From Aeropyrum pernix K1 (GTDB lineage Archaea > Thermoproteota > Thermoprotei_A > Sulfolobales > Acidilobaceae), in assembly GCF_000011125.1 (NCBI RefSeq), contig NC_000854.2, positions 1,050,001-1,082,000 of the forward strand: DNA of 32,000 nucleotides, in the 5' to 3' direction. Shown in pieces: positions 29,589-32,000 of the stretch (its first letter is position 1; every line of letters starts with the position of its first letter). A model generated the notes under the pieces. That model ran no database searches. It was not told where the DNA came from and saw only the letters and a program-made list of their open reading frames with translations. The translations under genes were made by a program, and so were the position numbers.

Positions 29589-30773
29589 ATGAGCCAGCAG
29601 CCAGAGTGCAGGGTAGAGGGTAACTATATAATCGTTCCTAAGGGCCTGGTTAACGTTATCGTCGACGAGACTAGAATAAGCGGCGTTGACCCCAAGGGCG
29701 AGGCGACTATATACAGGGGCTACACTATCGAGGATATCGGCGAGCACGCCAGCTTCTACGAAGCAGCCCACCTAATACTATTCGGCAGGCTCCCCTGCGA
29801 CGAGGAGCTTAAAGAGATAAAGTCGAAGATTGACAAGTACAGGGGCCAGATTCCAGAGAAACTGTTCGACGCTATGAAGCACGTCCCAGTAACCCACCCA
29901 ATGTACTATGGAATATATGGCACAGCCCTCCTCGGCCAGTACTACGCGCCTGAGTGGAGGTTCGACGAGGACTTCCTGTACGACCATGCACTCAGGCTTA
30001 CAGCACAGCTGCCCGTAATCTTTACAACGGGCTGGAACCTTGCTCACCACGGCACCTTCCTCAGGCCTGATCCCAGCAAGGACCATGCCTGGGACGTGCT
30101 CAGAATGATAGTAATGAGGGAGCCGAGCGATATTGAGGCTAGAGCCTTCGAGTCAACCCTGGTACTCTACATGGACCACGGATTCAACGCCTCAACATTC
30201 ACCACAAGGGTCATAGGCAGCACGCTCAGCGACCTATACAGCGCAGTAGCCGGGGGGATAGCGGCCCTCAAAGGCCCCCTCCACGGAGGCGCCAACGAGA
30301 AGGCCATGGAGATGTTCCTAGACGCTATGAAGAAGGCTGAGGAGAAGGGCGTCCCACTATACGACTACATTGAGGAGTACATTAAAGAGAAGCTTGCCAG
30401 GAAAGAGAAGATAATGGGCTTCGGCCACAGGATCTACAAGCTCCACGACCCCAGGACTGATGTTGCGGCAAAGTTCGTCGCCAAGCTAAAAGACGGGGAG
30501 TTCTGGATGAAGGTACTGAAGAAGGCCGAGGAGGTTATGTGGAGGGAGAAGAAGATACCTGCCAACATAGACCTCTACACTGCAGTCCTCTACTACCAGC
30601 TGGGCATACCTATACCCATGTACACGCCCATATTCGCCATGGGCAGAGTCGTCGGATGGAGCGCACACTACATAGAACAGGTGCTAAACAACAAGCTGAT
30701 AAGGCCCACGGAGAAGTACGTCGGCCCAACAGGCCTCAAGTACCAGCCAATAGAGGAAAGATGCAGGAAATAG
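29589..30773 (+). CDS. gltA: Citrate synthase
   Basis: 'YRGYTIEDIGEHASFYEAAHLILFGRLP', 'LYMDHGFNASTFTTRVIGSTLSDLYSAVAGGIAALKGPLHGGANEKAMEM', 'IMGFGHRIYKLHDPR'. TATA-like 'cacatttaaatatt' at ~29547. Confidence 0.98.
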   Translation: MSQQPECRVEGNYIIVPKGLVNVIVDETRISGVDPKGEATIYRGYTIEDIGEHASFYEAAHLILFGRLPCDEELKEIKSKIDKYRGQIPEKLFDAMKHVPVTHPMYYGIYGTALLGQYYAPEWRFDEDFLYDHALRLTAQLPVIFTTGWNLAHHGTFLRPDPSKDHAWDVLRMIVMREPSDIEARAFESTLVLYMDHGFNASTFTTRVIGSTLSDLYSAVAGGIAALKGPLHGGANEKAMEMFLDAMKKAEEKGVPLYDYIEEYIKEKLARKEKIMGFGHRIYKLHDPRTDVAAKFVAKLKDGEFWMKVLKKAEEVMWREKKIPANIDLYTAVLYYQLGIPIPMYTPIFAMGRVVGWSAHYIEQVLNNKLIRPTEKYVGPTGLKYQPIEERCRK

Positions 30774-30844
30774 TCCAAAATAGCCCGGAGGAGGTCCCTA
30801 ATAATTCTTAATTTTTTAGCCTACACAGTATAACACTACCCACT

Positions 30845-31753
30845 TTACGAGCTTGCATCTCTGCTGATCGTTATCAACAAAAGCCCTGAGGCTACTGCCA
30901 CTATATCAAGAGCTGCTCCAGGGTTCCACTCACGGCCCCTCCAAAGCCTCTCCAACCATGTGATAGCATGTCGTACGCCCCACCTCTCGGAAACATGGAA
31001 GGCGACCCTGGCCTCCTCCCTAGCCATCTTGAACGCCCTCCCGCCGTACTTCTGGAATATGAGGGTGTCTCCATGCTCCGCTAACACTTTAAGGAGAGCT
31101 TCAAGCAGCGCCTCTTCGACGCTACGCCCCTCCTTCACCCTGTTTAGAGAGTGTCTATACGCTTCAAGGGTTATAGGATAACCTTTGGCCAGCTCTCTAT
31201 GAACCATGTCCCAAGAGTTCAGTTTGAGGAGGAGGGGGTACGGCGGGATGTCACGCTCGCCTCCAGAGGCCACGTCGGGCAGCTCGCCCCTATATCTACC
31301 CAGGTGTGAGGGGGAGAGCCGTCTTAAAATCTTGTAGTGGAGAAGGCTCTCCCTCCTCCCCGTGCAGCAGTAGATAGTGTCTCGAGCTGTCGTTACGAGC
31401 TCCTCAGGCTCGCTGCTCTTTGAGAGGGCTATTGCAACGGCGAGGGGGGCCATTAGCATGAAAGTTCCATATGCTATGTTACCCTTAAAGCGGGGGACGA
31501 CCTCCCTCAAGTACCTTTCCTTTACAGAGGCTATCACGCCTATAGGCCCGTTCTTCCAGGCCTTTAGACAGGCCCACGCAAGAAGGCGCGAGGATAGGGT
31601 TGCGTGGAGAACGAAATCTCCGAAGCTCTTGCCACCCTCGCTTGCATAGGGGGTTACGCCGCCTGGCTTCGGGTGTAGATACGGCTCCAGGACTGCTCCA
31701 TAGCTAAGTGTAGCGGCTAGACTGCAGTCCCCGTACATCCCGGCCCCAGCCAC
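30845..31753 (-). CDS. CitG/MdcB-like triphosphoribosyl-dephospho-CoA synthase family protein
   Basis: 'LEPYLHPKPGGVTPYASEGGKSFGDFVLHA', 'GNIAYGTFMLMAPLAVAIA' and 'HGDTLIFQKYGGRAFKMAREEA' match the CitG helical family motifs. Confidence 0.85.
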   Translation of the reverse strand: MAGAGMYGDCSLAATLSYGAVLEPYLHPKPGGVTPYASEGGKSFGDFVLHATLSSRLLAWACLKAWKNGPIGVIASVKERYLREVVPRFKGNIAYGTFMLMAPLAVAIALSKSSEPEELVTTARDTIYCCTGRRESLLHYKILRRLSPSHLGRYRGELPDVASGGERDIPPYPLLLKLNSWDMVHRELAKGYPITLEAYRHSLNRVKEGRSVEEALLEALLKVLAEHGDTLIFQKYGGRAFKMAREEARVAFHVSERWGVRHAITWLERLWRGREWNPGAALDIVAVASGLLLITISRDASS

Positions 31754-31808
31754 TGGCTATACCTATTACTGTCACAGGGGGATAAGCTAGATTTGGGCGG
31801 AGATATCT

Positions 31809-32000
31809 ATGGCCGGGGCGAGAGACTGCAGCGTCCTAGAAAGGCTGAGGGAAATTGCCCACCTCCACTTTATGAAGGAGGAGGAAGAGATAGTGTGCAG
31901 AGATATAGAGAGGATAGCGGGCTATCTTGGCCAGGTGTCGAAGGCTCTGGAGGAGTTAGACGCCGATCCAGAGCCCCTCTACCACGTTTGGGAGAGCCGG
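31809..32000 (+). CDS. gatC: GatC-like aminoacyl-tRNA amidotransferase subunit C, N-terminal part (runs off the window)
   Basis: My translation from ATG 31809, open to the window end: 'MAGARDCSVLERLREIAHLHFMKEEEEIVCRDIERIAGYLGQVSKALEELDADPEPLYHVWESR'. It has the two-helix GatC pattern and the 'LDxxxEPLYHV' turn. It is not in the supplied ORF track because it has no stop. Confidence 0.75.
   Translation, partial: MAGARDCSVLERLREIAHLHFMKEEEEIVCRDIERIAGYLGQVSKALEELDADPEPLYHVWESR

Overview
This is a gene-dense archaeal chromosomal window. Protein sequences, high G+C and TATA/BRE-type promoters suggest a Crenarchaeon close to Aeropyrum (inference from sequence style, not a database result). It is mostly housekeeping and metabolic: the end of an aldo/keto reductase; a CoA-binding protein; pth2; pyrI-pyrB; an HD-domain protein; cutA; a complete 2-oxoacid dehydrogenase complex (E1alpha, E1beta, E2, E3); an acyl-CoA dehydrogenase; a split methylmalonyl-CoA mutase with its MeaB GTPase; a BtuF-like binding protein; a DUF309 protein; a ZIP transporter; inorganic pyrophosphatase; a half-length CtaA-type heme A synthase; gcvT; a degenerate PTPS/QueD-like protein; sufC-sufB-sufD; citrate synthase; a CitG-like protein; and the start of a GatC-like gene. 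I see no CRISPR array, intact transposon, rRNA or recognisable tRNA. The best candidate for an undescribed system is at ~25.9-29.5 kb. A 791-aa secreted, Ala/Glu-rich, double coiled-coil protein is divergent from a membrane-anchored winged-HTH regulator. Their shared ~190-bp intergenic region holds six GGAAC/GTTCC half-sites, several spaced about two helical turns apart. Secondary candidates are a structured non-coding segment at ~9240-9430, an uncharacterised thioredoxin-like protein divergent from the SUF operon, a PTPS-like protein lacking the first zinc histidine, a leaderless BtuF-like protein beside the B12-dependent mutase genes, and a strong hairpin upstream of gcvT.
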